Source: Clostridia bacterium | GTDB lineage: Bacteria > Bacillota > Clostridia > Acetivibrionales > JBAZRJ01 | Length of the DNA: 64,000 bases | Direction of reading: 5' to 3' | Assembly (NCBI GenBank): GCA_041662985.1 | Contig: JBAZRJ010000002.1 | Span: forward strand, 10,826-74,825 | Shown here: piece by piece, positions 34,079-44,366 of the stretch | How the letters are laid out: every line of letters starts with the position of its first letter | How positions within the stretch are numbered: position 1 is the stretch's first letter | Made by a program: the position numbers and the translations under genes | Notes under the pieces: model-generated | Told to the model about the DNA's origin: nothing | Seen by the model: the letters and a program-made list of their open reading frames with translations, nothing else | Databases searched by the model: none

Positions 34079-36052
34079 CTATTTGATAGAATTAACGTCA
34101 AGTATTAACGCAACAGTTCCATCGCCCAAAATAGTAGCGCCTGCAGCAATATTTACATTCTTTAAAAGTTTACCCATGGATTTTATAACCATTTCATATT
34201 GCCCGATAAGCCCGTCCACTACAAGACCCATTAGTTTTTCGTTTCTGTTTACGACAACGATGGTTATCTTCTTTTTTATGTTTTTTTGTCCTGTCACTTT
34301 GAGAATCTTGTCAAGTCTGACCAACGGAATCTCTAATTTTCTTAACATCATTGACTCATTTTTCTGAACCGTCTTTATTTCTTCAACAGGTATTCTTTCT
34401 AATGAGTATATTGAATTTATTGGGATGGCATATTTTTCATCGCCAACATAGACAAGAAGTGCCTGTATAATTGAAAGAGTCATCGGAAGTCTTATAATGA
34501 ATTTGCATCCAACGCCTTCGGCAGTCTGCACTTCAACATTTCCGTTTAATGATTCAACCTTTGTTTTCACGACATCCAGACCTACACCTCTTCCGGACAT
34601 GCCTGTTACATTTGCGGATGTGCTGAAATTGGGGAGAAAAATGAAGTCGATTATATCTTTTTCAGATAGATTTTTTGAATTCTTTTCATTAATCAAACCT
34701 TTTTTAACTGCTTTTTCCCTTGCCTTTTTTAGATTGATACCCATTCCGTCATCCTCAATTTCAATGACGACATTATTTCCGTCGCGATATGCCTTTAAGT
34801 TTATATGCCCTTCTTTTGTTTTCCCGGTTTTCAGCCTGATGTCCGGAGTTTCAATTCCGTGATCGGCTGCATTTCTGACAAGATGCATCAATGGATCACC
34901 TATTTCATCCACAACCATTCTGTCCAACTCAGTTTCTTCTCCGAAGGTCGTAAAAATTATCTCTTTTCCAAGCTCCCTTGAAACATCTCTTATCATTCGC
35001 GGAAATCTGCTAAACACAGTCTCCACAGGTACCATTCTCACCTTCATGACGGCGTCGTTTAACTGAGCCGATATTTTTTCGAGATATTCTATTGTATCTC
35101 TGTAATCCTTGCTCTTATTGGCAGTTTCGTAACCCTGCAGTCTTGTCTTTGTTATAATCAGTTCTCCGACAAGGTTCATCAGATTATCCAGTTTGTCGAC
35201 TTCTATTCTGGCAGTTTTAACGATTGCCGGTTTCTTTTTTCCTATTGTATCAGTTACGGAAGCTGCGCCCTTTTGATTGGAATAACCGCATCCCATAAGC
35301 TTTTCGACAGTAATTTTTTCAATGTCGTAAATTAGTTTCAATTCATCACTAAATAGTTTTCCGTCCCTGTCTGACACAATAAAAACAATAAAATCATGAT
35401 CGAATTTTTCATTTTCAATGTCTGTTATTCTTGGCTCGGTCTCAACTATATCTGAAAATCTTTCTAATAATTGAAATATCACAAATGCTCTTGCGCTTTT
35501 AAGCAAGCAGTCCTTGTTTAACGTAATATGAATTTTATAGGCATTAAGGTTCTTCTCGGTTGCTTTTTCTATCGCTAAAGTTTCAAGTTCGGCCAGCTCG
35601 GATCCCGAAATCACGGTATCCTTCTTTGTTTGAGTTTCCCGGGTTTGTTTTGCCGGAACAATTTCCTTCTCTGATTTTATAAATGAATTGAGAGCATCTA
35701 TTGTTTCCTTGTACTCATTCGTTCCTTCATTGCCTGTTTTCGAAATTTTGTCCAAATAATCTTCCAAAGCATCAAGACATTTAAACATTAAATCAATAAG
35801 ATTTGACGAAACTTCAATCTCATTATTTCTCAGGCTGCTTAAAACACTTTCCATATCATGTGTTAGCTTCGCCATCCGCGTAAAGCCCATAGTCCCGGAC
35901 ATGCCTTTAATCGTATGTGCGGCTCTGAATATCTCGTTTATCGTCGATGCGTCATGCGGATTTTTTTCGAGACTTAACAGGCACTTATTTAGATTTTGAA
36001 GATATTCCTTCGATTCTTCTGTAAAAACCTCCAGATACTGACTCATATCCAT
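34079..36052 (-). CDS. cheA: Chemotaxis histidine kinase CheA
   Basis: 657 aa with HPt (FRAAHTIKGMSGTMGF), dimerisation, HATPase (DDGMGIN, GRGVGLD) and a C-terminal CheW-like domain. Confidence 0.95.
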   Translation of the reverse strand: MDMSQYLEVFTEESKEYLQNLNKCLLSLEKNPHDASTINEIFRAAHTIKGMSGTMGFTRMAKLTHDMESVLSSLRNNEIEVSSNLIDLMFKCLDALEDYLDKISKTGNEGTNEYKETIDALNSFIKSEKEIVPAKQTRETQTKKDTVISGSELAELETLAIEKATEKNLNAYKIHITLNKDCLLKSARAFVIFQLLERFSDIVETEPRITDIENEKFDHDFIVFIVSDRDGKLFSDELKLIYDIEKITVEKLMGCGYSNQKGAASVTDTIGKKKPAIVKTARIEVDKLDNLMNLVGELIITKTRLQGYETANKSKDYRDTIEYLEKISAQLNDAVMKVRMVPVETVFSRFPRMIRDVSRELGKEIIFTTFGEETELDRMVVDEIGDPLMHLVRNAADHGIETPDIRLKTGKTKEGHINLKAYRDGNNVVIEIEDDGMGINLKKAREKAVKKGLINEKNSKNLSEKDIIDFIFLPNFSTSANVTGMSGRGVGLDVVKTKVESLNGNVEVQTAEGVGCKFIIRLPMTLSIIQALLVYVGDEKYAIPINSIYSLERIPVEEIKTVQKNESMMLRKLEIPLVRLDKILKVTGQKNIKKKITIVVVNRNEKLMGLVVDGLIGQYEMVIKSMGKLLKNVNIAAGATILGDGTVALILDVNSIK

Positions 36053-37131
36053 TAAGACTGCACCTCCACGACATCAGTTATTTCTTTTGCAATAAGATCG
36101 AGCGGTATAATTTTGTCAACAAAACCCGTACTTATTGCGGCTTTTGGCATTCCAAACACTATTGATGATTTTTCATCCTGTGCAATGATAAATCCTCTGT
36201 TTTTTTGTTTTATTGTTTTTATTCCTTCGCTTCCGTCGCTTCCCATACCCGTCATTATTACGGTCACAATATTCTTAAACCCGGTATCAAAAAGTGATTT
36301 CAGGGTTACATTTACTGACGGTCTGTGTCCTCTTTGCGGTGGGTCATCGGTTATTTCAATTACTAATTTATCATTTTCATCCTTTTTTATCAGCATTTGA
36401 TAATCGCCCGGTGCAACGTAGGCAAAGCCGGCTTTAATCTCGTCTCCGTCACCGGCTTCTTTAACAGAAATCAAACTTTCAAAATCAAGCCGTTCCGAAA
36501 GGGATTTTGTAAATCCTTTTGGCATGTGCTGTACTATTAAAAATGCTGCCGGAATCTCCCCGGGAATCGCCTGAATAATCTGTTTTAGTGATTTGGGTCC
36601 TCCTGTTGAAGCTCCGATGACAACGATACTTTTTAGATTTTCGCTTTTTTTAATGTCTTTTTTTAGAATTGAAATTTGGGTCGGTTTCTTTTTGATTTCA
36701 TGAAAAACAGCATTTTTTGCAATTACTATTCTTTCAATAAAGTCGTTTTTAATTTTTTCATTTGAAAGGTCGAAAACATTCTTAGGTTTTGAAATAAAGT
36801 CAAAAGCCCCATGCTCAAGAGCTTTTATGGTTACATCAGCTTCTTTTTCCGCAATGCCGCTTAACATCAGTACTGGAATGAATTTAGTCTTTAGAATTTC
36901 CTTTAATGCTGTAAATCCGTCCATTACAGGCATTTCAATATCGAGCGTGATGACGTCCGGATTCAAATCCTTCGCCATTTGGATTGCTTCTTCTCCATTT
37001 CGGGCAGTGCCGATAACTTTGATTCGAGCATCACTGTTTAAAACATCAGAGATTATCATCCTCATGAGTGACGAATCATCAACTATCAATACGTTTATCA
37101 ACTCGCTGTTGTTTCCCATTTGGCGAACCAA
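36052..37131 (-). CDS. cheB: Protein-glutamate methylesterase/response regulator CheB
   Basis: REC domain (VLIVDDSSLMR...DIEMPVMDG) plus methylesterase (IGASTGGP, HMP, DGS). The true start may be ATG 37119. Confidence 0.9.
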   Translation of the reverse strand: MVRQMGNNSELINVLIVDDSSLMRMIISDVLNSDARIKVIGTARNGEEAIQMAKDLNPDVITLDIEMPVMDGFTALKEILKTKFIPVLMLSGIAEKEADVTIKALEHGAFDFISKPKNVFDLSNEKIKNDFIERIVIAKNAVFHEIKKKPTQISILKKDIKKSENLKSIVVIGASTGGPKSLKQIIQAIPGEIPAAFLIVQHMPKGFTKSLSERLDFESLISVKEAGDGDEIKAGFAYVAPGDYQMLIKKDENDKLVIEITDDPPQRGHRPSVNVTLKSLFDTGFKNIVTVIMTGMGSDGSEGIKTIKQKNRGFIIAQDEKSSIVFGMPKAAISTGFVDKIIPLDLIAKEITDVVEVQS

Positions 37132-37156
37132 TCCTTTGTTACATAATTAAAATTCT

Positions 37157-37531
37157 TTAGTGTCTTTTGTTTTCAAGAACATAATTTATTGATTCAACAA
37201 CTCTGACTGCTTCAAAAGGTTTAACTATAAAATCCTTGGCTCCTGCCAGAATCGACTCAATAACCATGGGTTGCTGCCCGATTGCGGAGCAAATGATAAT
37301 TTTCGCATTGCTGTCTGTCTTCATTATTTCTCTGACTGCTGTTATTCCGTCCATCTTTGGCATGGTGATATCCATTATAACTAAATCGGGGTGTAAATCA
37401 TTATACATTCTAACTGCAACTTCCCCGTCTTCGGATTCGCCGATTACTTCAAAATCATTCTTCTCCAATATATCCCGGATCATCCTTCGCATAAATGGTG
37501 CATCGTCAACAATAAGAATTTTTTTGTCCAT
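37157..37531 (-). CDS. cheY: Chemotaxis response regulator CheY
   Basis: Start placed at MDKKILIVDDAPFMR (AGGGGGG RBS). DITMPKMDG and a single REC domain. Confidence 0.9.
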   Translation of the reverse strand: MDKKILIVDDAPFMRRMIRDILEKNDFEVIGESEDGEVAVRMYNDLHPDLVIMDITMPKMDGITAVREIMKTDSNAKIIICSAIGQQPMVIESILAGAKDFIVKPFEAVRVVESINYVLENKRH

Positions 37532-37573
37532 TACAACCCCCCTAATAACCATTATAACCTATTATTAAGACTT

Positions 37574-39646
37574 TTATCTTTGATATTCGCATTCATCGTT
37601 GCTGCATTTGATTATTGCTTTTTTATTCGATAATTTTTTCAACAAAAAGTTTCCGCATACAGGACAATTTTCCTTTAATGCCGAGTCCCAGGACATGAAG
37701 GTACAGGTTGGATTCTTCTCGCACCCCAGATATTTTCTCTTCTTCTTGGTTTTTTTGATTAAAACTTTCCCACCGCATTTCGGGCAGTTGACTCCGGCTT
37801 CCTCAACAATTGCTTTCGTATTTCTGCAATCCGGAAATCCCGGACATGCAAGGAATTTACCGAATCTTCCGTTTTTAATAACCATATTTCTTCCGCATTT
37901 TTCACATATAATATCTGTGACTTCATCTACTAATTGAATATGCCCGATTTTTTCTTCAGCAAGGTTTAAAACCTCGGCGAATGGTCCGTAAAATTCACGA
38001 ATTACTTCCTTCCATTGCTTTTTGCCTTCTTCGACATCATCGAGCTTCTTCTCCATCAGCGCAGTAAATTGCAAATCAACAACATCGGCAAAATGGTTTT
38101 TCATTATATCTGTAACAATTTTACCTAACTCCGTCGGGAATAAAAACTTCTTCTCTTTCTCAACGTAACCTCTTGCAAGAATTGTCGTAATAGTCGGAGA
38201 ATATGTGCTCGGTCTACCTATACCTTTTTCCTCCATCAATTTTACAAGGGTCGCTTCCGTATACCTCAGCGGAGGCTGCGTAAAATGCTGCTTTGCTTCT
38301 GTGTCTTTGAAATCAAGGATTTCAGCCTCAGTAAGAATCGGAAGCTTTGATTCTTTTTCAGCACCGTTGTCGTCCTGTCCTTCAATATATACTGCCATAA
38401 ACCCATCAAATTTAACATTTGAACCTGATGCTTTAAATAAATATCCTTTGGCATCCAAATCAACCGCAACAGTATCGTAAACAGCAATAGCCATCTGGCT
38501 TGCGACGAATCTATCCCAAATCAATTTATACAATTTAAATTGTTCGTTGGAAAGAGATGCTTTTATTGATACCGGTGTCATCGTGATATGAGTCGGTCTT
38601 ATCGCCTCATGCGCATCCTGCGATGCTGATTTGTTTTTGAAATTTCTGAATCCCTGCGAAAGATAATTTTCACCAAATTTTCCGATAATATAATTTTTTG
38701 CTTCGATTTGAGCTTCGGTGGATATTCTGACCGAATCGGTACGAATATATGTAACAAGACCAACCGCGCCTGTTCCTTTTATGTTTACGCCTTCGTACAA
38801 CTGCTGCGAAACAATCATAGTCTTCTTTGTTGTAAATCCGAGTTTCCTTGCCGCTTCCTGCTGCAGTGTGCTGGTTGTAAACGGCGGAGCCGGCACTCTT
38901 TTCTTTTCGCCGATCTTAACCTTTTTAACTTTATATTCGGCATCTTCGATATCATTTAGTATTTTATCGGTTTGCTCTTTATTCTTCAACTCGATTTTTT
39001 CTTTCTCATTGCCGTAAAATTTAGCATCGAACACTGCTTTTTGCGAGTGTTTTGAGAGCTTTGAAATTATAGACCAATATTCTTCTTCGACAAATGAATC
39101 AATTTCTTCTTCCCGGTCACAAATAATCCTTGTGGCCACAGACTGTACCCTTCCTGCGCTCAAGCCTTTTCTGACTTTTCGCCAAAGCAGCGGGCTGATT
39201 TTGTACCCAACAATTCTGTCTAAAACCCTTCTTGCCTGTTGTGCGTCAACAAGGTCCATATCGATTTGTCTCGGTGATTTTATTGCGCCCTTGACTGCAG
39301 TTTTTGTGATTTCATTGAATGAAATCCTGCATTTATTTTTTTCGTCAATATTAAGCAGCTTTGTCAAATGCCAAGATATAGCCTCGCCTTCGCGATCAGG
39401 GTCAGTTGCTAAGAATACTTTGTCAGAGACCTTTGCATTTTTCTTGAGTTTTGCAATTATATCGCCTTTGCCTCTGATTGAAATATATTTTGGTTCAAAA
39501 TCATTTTCTATGTCAACGCCGATCTGGCTCTTTGGCAAGTCCCGGATATGACCGATTGAAGCTTCGATGTGATAATCCTTACCGAGAAATCTGCCAATAG
39601 TTTTAGCCTTGGCCGGGGACTCAACAATCACTAAGTATTTTGCCAT
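37574..39646 (-). CDS. topA: DNA topoisomerase I
   Basis: 690 aa with a TOPRIM N-terminus (LVIVESPAKAKTI), the active-site region and three C-terminal C4 zinc ribbons. Confidence 0.95.
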   Translation of the reverse strand: MAKYLVIVESPAKAKTIGRFLGKDYHIEASIGHIRDLPKSQIGVDIENDFEPKYISIRGKGDIIAKLKKNAKVSDKVFLATDPDREGEAISWHLTKLLNIDEKNKCRISFNEITKTAVKGAIKSPRQIDMDLVDAQQARRVLDRIVGYKISPLLWRKVRKGLSAGRVQSVATRIICDREEEIDSFVEEEYWSIISKLSKHSQKAVFDAKFYGNEKEKIELKNKEQTDKILNDIEDAEYKVKKVKIGEKKRVPAPPFTTSTLQQEAARKLGFTTKKTMIVSQQLYEGVNIKGTGAVGLVTYIRTDSVRISTEAQIEAKNYIIGKFGENYLSQGFRNFKNKSASQDAHEAIRPTHITMTPVSIKASLSNEQFKLYKLIWDRFVASQMAIAVYDTVAVDLDAKGYLFKASGSNVKFDGFMAVYIEGQDDNGAEKESKLPILTEAEILDFKDTEAKQHFTQPPLRYTEATLVKLMEEKGIGRPSTYSPTITTILARGYVEKEKKFLFPTELGKIVTDIMKNHFADVVDLQFTALMEKKLDDVEEGKKQWKEVIREFYGPFAEVLNLAEEKIGHIQLVDEVTDIICEKCGRNMVIKNGRFGKFLACPGFPDCRNTKAIVEEAGVNCPKCGGKVLIKKTKKKRKYLGCEKNPTCTFMSWDSALKENCPVCGNFLLKKLSNKKAIIKCSNDECEYQR

Positions 39647-39724
39647 CTAATTCCTCCGTTCAAATATGACCCCATAATAATATTTATTATATTAACACAT
39701 TTTTTGTTAATTGCAAATTATAGG

Positions 39725-40846
39725 TTATGTATCATTCAATTCGAAAATCTTCCCGGGGGATTGTCTTACGAGTCTTTTGAGTTCCATCGTTACCAAATAT
39801 GCATTAATTACCTGCATCGAAAGACCTGTTTTTTCTGTCAGCTTATCAATATGCAAAGGTTCAATATAAAGCTCATTTGCAATTTTTCTTTCATTTTCAT
39901 CCAGTCCTGAAAACATATTGTTTTGGCTATTCTCTCTATATTCAATATTTCTGTCTACATTGACTATATCATCAAATCGCATCTCTTCCAATATATCTTC
40001 GATATTTGTGACAATTTTTGCACCTTCTCTTATTAATTTGTTTGTACCAAGGCTGTTACGCGAGCTCAGATTCCCCGGTATCGCATATACTTCCCGGCCC
40101 TGTTCCAACGCGTAATTGGCGGTTATCAGCGAACCGCTTTTTTCATTTGCTTCAACAATTACCACACCCAGGGACATACCGCTAATTATTCTGTTTCTCA
40201 TAGGAAAATGCTGAGGAAGAGGCGGAGTACCGGGTAAAAATTCAGAGACTGCCGCACCGCTGCTGATAATATTTTTCATAAGACCTCTGTTCTCATACGG
40301 ATACACAATATCAAGTCCGCAGCCCATTATGCCGATAGTTCTGTTGCCTCTGCGCAACGCTGCATTATGGGCAGCCGAATCGATTCCCGATGCCATCCCG
40401 CTCACAACAGTAAGCCCTGAGCAGGAAAGGTCATAAGCAATTTTATCCGCCATTCGGATTCCATAGCTGGATGCGCGTCTCGAACCAACAATGGCAATAC
40501 ATTTCTCGTCGCTTTTCAACTTGCCTTTCACGTATAAAACCAACGGCGGATCAATGATGCATTTTAGATATTCCGGATAATCTGCATCATCCATACATAC
40601 AGTATCAATTTCGTTTTTAATAATATTTTCAATTGCATAATTGGCGTCATTTTTATATTTTTCATCCAAAATTATGTCCGCAAGCGCAGAATTGATGTAG
40701 TTTACATTGCATAGTTCTTCCTTCGAAGCCGTCCAAATATTATTCGGCTTTTTGAATTCCCGCAATAGCTCAGAATACCTTCTGGGTCCTATCTTCGGAA
40801 GCAAGCTGAGCCAAATCCAATATAAATCTTTATCGTCCATCATCAT
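39725..40846 (-). CDS. dprA: DNA-processing protein DprA (Smf)
   Basis: 373 aa with a Rossmann-like core (IAIVGSRRASSYG...GMASGIDSAAH...GGAVSE). Upstream of topA, as in Bacillus. Confidence 0.9.
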   Translation of the reverse strand: MMMDDKDLYWIWLSLLPKIGPRRYSELLREFKKPNNIWTASKEELCNVNYINSALADIILDEKYKNDANYAIENIIKNEIDTVCMDDADYPEYLKCIIDPPLVLYVKGKLKSDEKCIAIVGSRRASSYGIRMADKIAYDLSCSGLTVVSGMASGIDSAAHNAALRRGNRTIGIMGCGLDIVYPYENRGLMKNIISSGAAVSEFLPGTPPLPQHFPMRNRIISGMSLGVVIVEANEKSGSLITANYALEQGREVYAIPGNLSSRNSLGTNKLIREGAKIVTNIEDILEEMRFDDIVNVDRNIEYRENSQNNMFSGLDENERKIANELYIEPLHIDKLTEKTGLSMQVINAYLVTMELKRLVRQSPGKIFELNDT

Positions 40847-40876
40847 CTCCAGTTTCCATTCTTTCGGGTACGGTTT

Positions 40877-42412
40877 TCATTTTTCGATAAACCTTCTGTC
40901 AAGGCTCCTGTACTGAATTGCCTCGGCTATATGCACGAGTTTGATTTCCTCGCTCCCATCAATATCGGCAATTGTCCTCGAAACCTTTAATATCCTGCTA
41001 TGTGCCCTCGCACTCAATCCAAGTTTTTCGAATGCGCTTCTTAAAAGCCCCCTTGATTTGTCATCAATGCGACAGAATTTATTTAACATTGAGGGTTCAA
41101 GCTGTGAATTAGCATAAATATTCAGACCTTTATATCTGTTAATCTGGATGTTTCTTGCTTTGTTCACCCTTTCACGAATAGATTTTGAATTTTCTTCCGC
41201 TTTTATATTCTGAAGCTCATTGAATTTAACAGAAGAAACCTCGATATGAATGTCGAGTCGGTCTAAAAGCGGCCCGCTAATCTTTCCCATGTACTGCTGC
41301 ACTTGTCTCGATGTACAGGTACATAATTTATCCGGGTCAAGATAATTTCCGCATCTGCAGGGATTCGCAGCAAGCACAAGCATGGTCTTTGCCGGATACC
41401 TGATGCTCGAATTAATCCTCGAAACAGTTACAATTCCATCCTCAAGAGGCTGTCTCAAAACTTCAAGCGCTTCCTTTGAAAATTCGGGAACTTCATCCAA
41501 AAACAGAACTCCGTAATTAGCGAGACTTATCTCCCCCGGTTTCGGTATCCTGCCTCCTCCGATCAGCGAAATATCTGAAATTGTATGATGCGGGCTTCTA
41601 AAAGGTCTCGTTGTCATAAGCGATGTTCTTCCGGGCAATTTACCGGATATACTGTGTATCTTTGTAACCTCTATTGCTTCTTCAAATGTCATAGACGGGA
41701 GAATTCCCGGCAATCGTTTTGCTATCATAGATTTCCCGGATCCCGGGCTCCCGATCATTATGCAGTTGTGAGCTCCTGCGGCAGCGACTTCAAGCGCCCT
41801 TTTTACGTTAGTTTGTCCCTTAACATCCGCAAAATCAATATTGAATATTCCGGTCTCGTTCATAATTGCTTCAATATTAACAGTATGAATATTTAGTTTC
41901 TTCAATCCGTTTATATGTTGTGCGATTTCTGTTAAATTATTGATTGGCAAAACTTCAATTTCCCTGACTATTGCCGCCTCATCTGCATTCTCATGCGGAA
42001 GTACGACAGACTTTATTCCGTGTTCATTCGCACACAATGCCATTGATAATACACCGTTTACGGACTTTACTGAACCATCCAGAGACAATTCTCCCAAAAA
42101 TATATACTCATCAATATGCGTAATATCGATTTGCCCTGAGGCTGCCAGAATCCCCATAGCAATCGGTAAATCAAGCGACGAGCCTTCTTTCCGCATATTT
42201 GCCGGAGCAAGATTTATCGTTATTTTCCTCGTCGGAAATTCAAAACCGCTGTTTTTTATCGCAGACTTGACTCTCTCTCTTGATTCCCTGACAGCAATAT
42301 CTCCTAGACCTACGATATCAACAGCCGGTATGCCGCTTGAAATATCGGTCTCAACCTCAATCACATATCCGTCAATTCCAATAAGACCGCAGCTTTTAAC
42401 CTTTGACAGCAT
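40877..42412 (-). CDS. comM: YifB/ComM-family Mg-chelatase-like AAA+ ATPase
   Basis: 511 aa with a Lon-protease-like N-terminal domain, Walker A GSPGSGKS, and FLDE Walker B. Confidence 0.9.
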   Translation of the reverse strand: MLSKVKSCGLIGIDGYVIEVETDISSGIPAVDIVGLGDIAVRESRERVKSAIKNSGFEFPTRKITINLAPANMRKEGSSLDLPIAMGILAASGQIDITHIDEYIFLGELSLDGSVKSVNGVLSMALCANEHGIKSVVLPHENADEAAIVREIEVLPINNLTEIAQHINGLKKLNIHTVNIEAIMNETGIFNIDFADVKGQTNVKRALEVAAAGAHNCIMIGSPGSGKSMIAKRLPGILPSMTFEEAIEVTKIHSISGKLPGRTSLMTTRPFRSPHHTISDISLIGGGRIPKPGEISLANYGVLFLDEVPEFSKEALEVLRQPLEDGIVTVSRINSSIRYPAKTMLVLAANPCRCGNYLDPDKLCTCTSRQVQQYMGKISGPLLDRLDIHIEVSSVKFNELQNIKAEENSKSIRERVNKARNIQINRYKGLNIYANSQLEPSMLNKFCRIDDKSRGLLRSAFEKLGLSARAHSRILKVSRTIADIDGSEEIKLVHIAEAIQYRSLDRRFIEK

Positions 42413-42497
42413 ATTCTGCCCCTTTGCTTTTTATCGAACAGTAAAATATTACCATATATTGTCATATTTGTACAGACTGAAATTTGCGTAAAAAAAT

Positions 42498-42515
42498 AAG
42501 CCGGGTTTCCGGCTT
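42498..42515 (-). terminator. Terminator after nrdR
   Basis: AAGCCGG-(4-nt loop)-CCGGCTT hairpin flanked by an A-run and a T-run. Confidence 0.65.
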
Positions 42516-42543
42516 AAGATAATTTTTTCTATCAAACCTTACT

Positions 42544-42999
42544 TCATTTGCCTTTCATCAATTTAACAAGTTCATCCATAAAAGAGTTGATGTCCTTGAA
42601 GTCTCTGTAAACCGAAGCAAATCTTATATATGCAACCTCGTCCATTTTCTTGAGCTTCATTAAAACAAGCTCACCGATTCTTTTGGAAGTAATCTCGCGT
42701 TCAAGGGAATTGTATATCTGGCTTTCAACTTCCTCAACGAGTTTTTCAAGATCTGCGACTGACACAGGTCTCTTCTCACAAGCTCTCAGCAAACCGTCCA
42801 AAAGTTTGTCCCTGTTGAATGTCTGTCTTGTTTTGTCTTTCTTGACAACCATAAGCGGAATACTTTCAACTTTTTCATAGGTGGTAAATCTCTTTGTACA
42901 GTTTGTACATTCACGGCGTCTTCTGACTTCTGATCCTTCTTCGGTCGGCCTTGAGTCTATTACCTTATCGTCTTCAAATCCACAGTAAGGACACTTCAT
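42544..42999 (-). CDS. nrdR: Transcriptional repressor NrdR
   Basis: 151 aa with [18 protein letters not shown]...[12 protein letters not shown] (zinc ribbon) plus an ATP-cone. Confidence 0.95.
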   Translation of the reverse strand: MKCPYCGFEDDKVIDSRPTEEGSEVRRRRECTNCTKRFTTYEKVESIPLMVVKKDKTRQTFNRDKLLDGLLRACEKRPVSVADLEKLVEEVESQIYNSLEREITSKRIGELVLMKLKKMDEVAYIRFASVYRDFKDINSFMDELVKLMKGK

Positions 43000-43045
43000 G
43001 ATAGTTCCTCCACTCCATTTGTTCGATAATCTCTTTTGTTATAAT

Positions 43046-43072
43046 AAAAACCACTGATTTCGAGTGGTTTTT
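43046..43072 (-). terminator. Terminator after ftsZ
   Basis: AAAAACCACT-(7-nt loop)-AGTGGTTTTT hairpin flanked by A/T runs. Confidence 0.65.
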
Positions 43073-43097
43073 ATCTATTTTAAATATTTATTTGCTT

Positions 43098-44243
43098 TTA
43101 TTTAAACCTGTTTCTTCTTAAAAATGTCGGAATATCAATTTCATCACTTTCATTCTCAACAGTTGCTTCATCTTCCCCTTCAATATTAATATCTTCAATT
43201 GCAGTCTCTGTTTTTTCCGTATCAAATAATATTTTTTCGGTGTCTTCCCTTAATTTTTCAGCTATTTTTTCAATCTTCCTGATTGAAGGTCCGTTTTCAA
43301 ATCCGGTAGCAATGACCGTGATAATCATCTCATCCTTTAAACCATCATCAATCGAAGCACCAAATATAATGTTTGCATCAGGATCCGCGTACTTTTGAAT
43401 CATTTCGACCGCAGTGTTCACATCAAGTAATCCGAGGTCCTCCCCGCCGGTTATATTTACAAGAACACCGGTTGCTCCCTGTATTGATGTTTCCAGAAGC
43501 GGACTTTCAATTGCCTGTTTTGCCGATTCTTCAGCTTTATTGTCGCCCGAAGAACGTCCGATTCCCATGTGTGCAAGACCTGTATCAAGCATAATAGTTT
43601 TTACGTCGGCAAAATCAAGATTAATCAGTCCGGGTACAGCTATAAGATCCGAAATACCCTGAACACCCTGTTTTAAAACTTCATCCGCTGTCTTGAAAGC
43701 ATCAACGATTGACGTTTTCTTTTCTGCAATCTGCAGCAACCTGTCGTTCGGAATTGTAACCAAAGTATCAACAGATTCCTTAAGATTTCTAACACCGATT
43801 TCTGCGTATTGCATTCTTCTTGTTCCTTCAAATTTAAAAGGTTTGGTGACGACACCAACCGTAAGTATCCCCATGTTTCTTGCAACTTCGGCAACTATAG
43901 GAGTCGCCCCCGTTCCCGTTCCGCCGCCCATTCCTGCGGTAATGAAAACCATATCGGCGCCTTTGATAGCCTGTTCTATTTCGTCTCTGCTTTCAGTTGC
44001 TGCCTTCTCTCCGATTTCAGGGTCGGCACCGGCTCCAAGTCCTTTGGTAAGTTTGTCCCCGATTTGGATTTTAGTATTTGCTTTAGATAGAAATAACGCT
44101 TGTTTGTCGGTATTAATTGCGATAAATTCAACACCTCTGAGGCCTGCTGTTATCATTCTGTTAACAGCGTTATTGCCTCCGCCGCCAACTCCCACTACTT
44201 TAATCTGGGCAAATTGTTCCATATCATTATCAAATTCAAGCAA
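43098..44243 (-). CDS. ftsZ: Cell division GTPase FtsZ
   Basis: 381 aa with GGGTGTG, NTD and the tubulin signature; acidic linker and C-terminal DIPTFLRR peptide. Confidence 0.97.
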   Translation of the reverse strand: MLEFDNDMEQFAQIKVVGVGGGGNNAVNRMITAGLRGVEFIAINTDKQALFLSKANTKIQIGDKLTKGLGAGADPEIGEKAATESRDEIEQAIKGADMVFITAGMGGGTGTGATPIVAEVARNMGILTVGVVTKPFKFEGTRRMQYAEIGVRNLKESVDTLVTIPNDRLLQIAEKKTSIVDAFKTADEVLKQGVQGISDLIAVPGLINLDFADVKTIMLDTGLAHMGIGRSSGDNKAEESAKQAIESPLLETSIQGATGVLVNITGGEDLGLLDVNTAVEMIQKYADPDANIIFGASIDDGLKDEMIITVIATGFENGPSIRKIEKIAEKLREDTEKILFDTEKTETAIEDINIEGEDEATVENESDEIDIPTFLRRNRFK

Positions 44244-44366
44244 TTTAAAATCCCCCTTTACTCTTCATTAGTTTCATATGTAAATTTAAAATATTGACTT
44301 TTTAAATAATATACACATCCATTATAAACTTTATTTTTAATATTGTATATCTTTAAATTATAGAAA

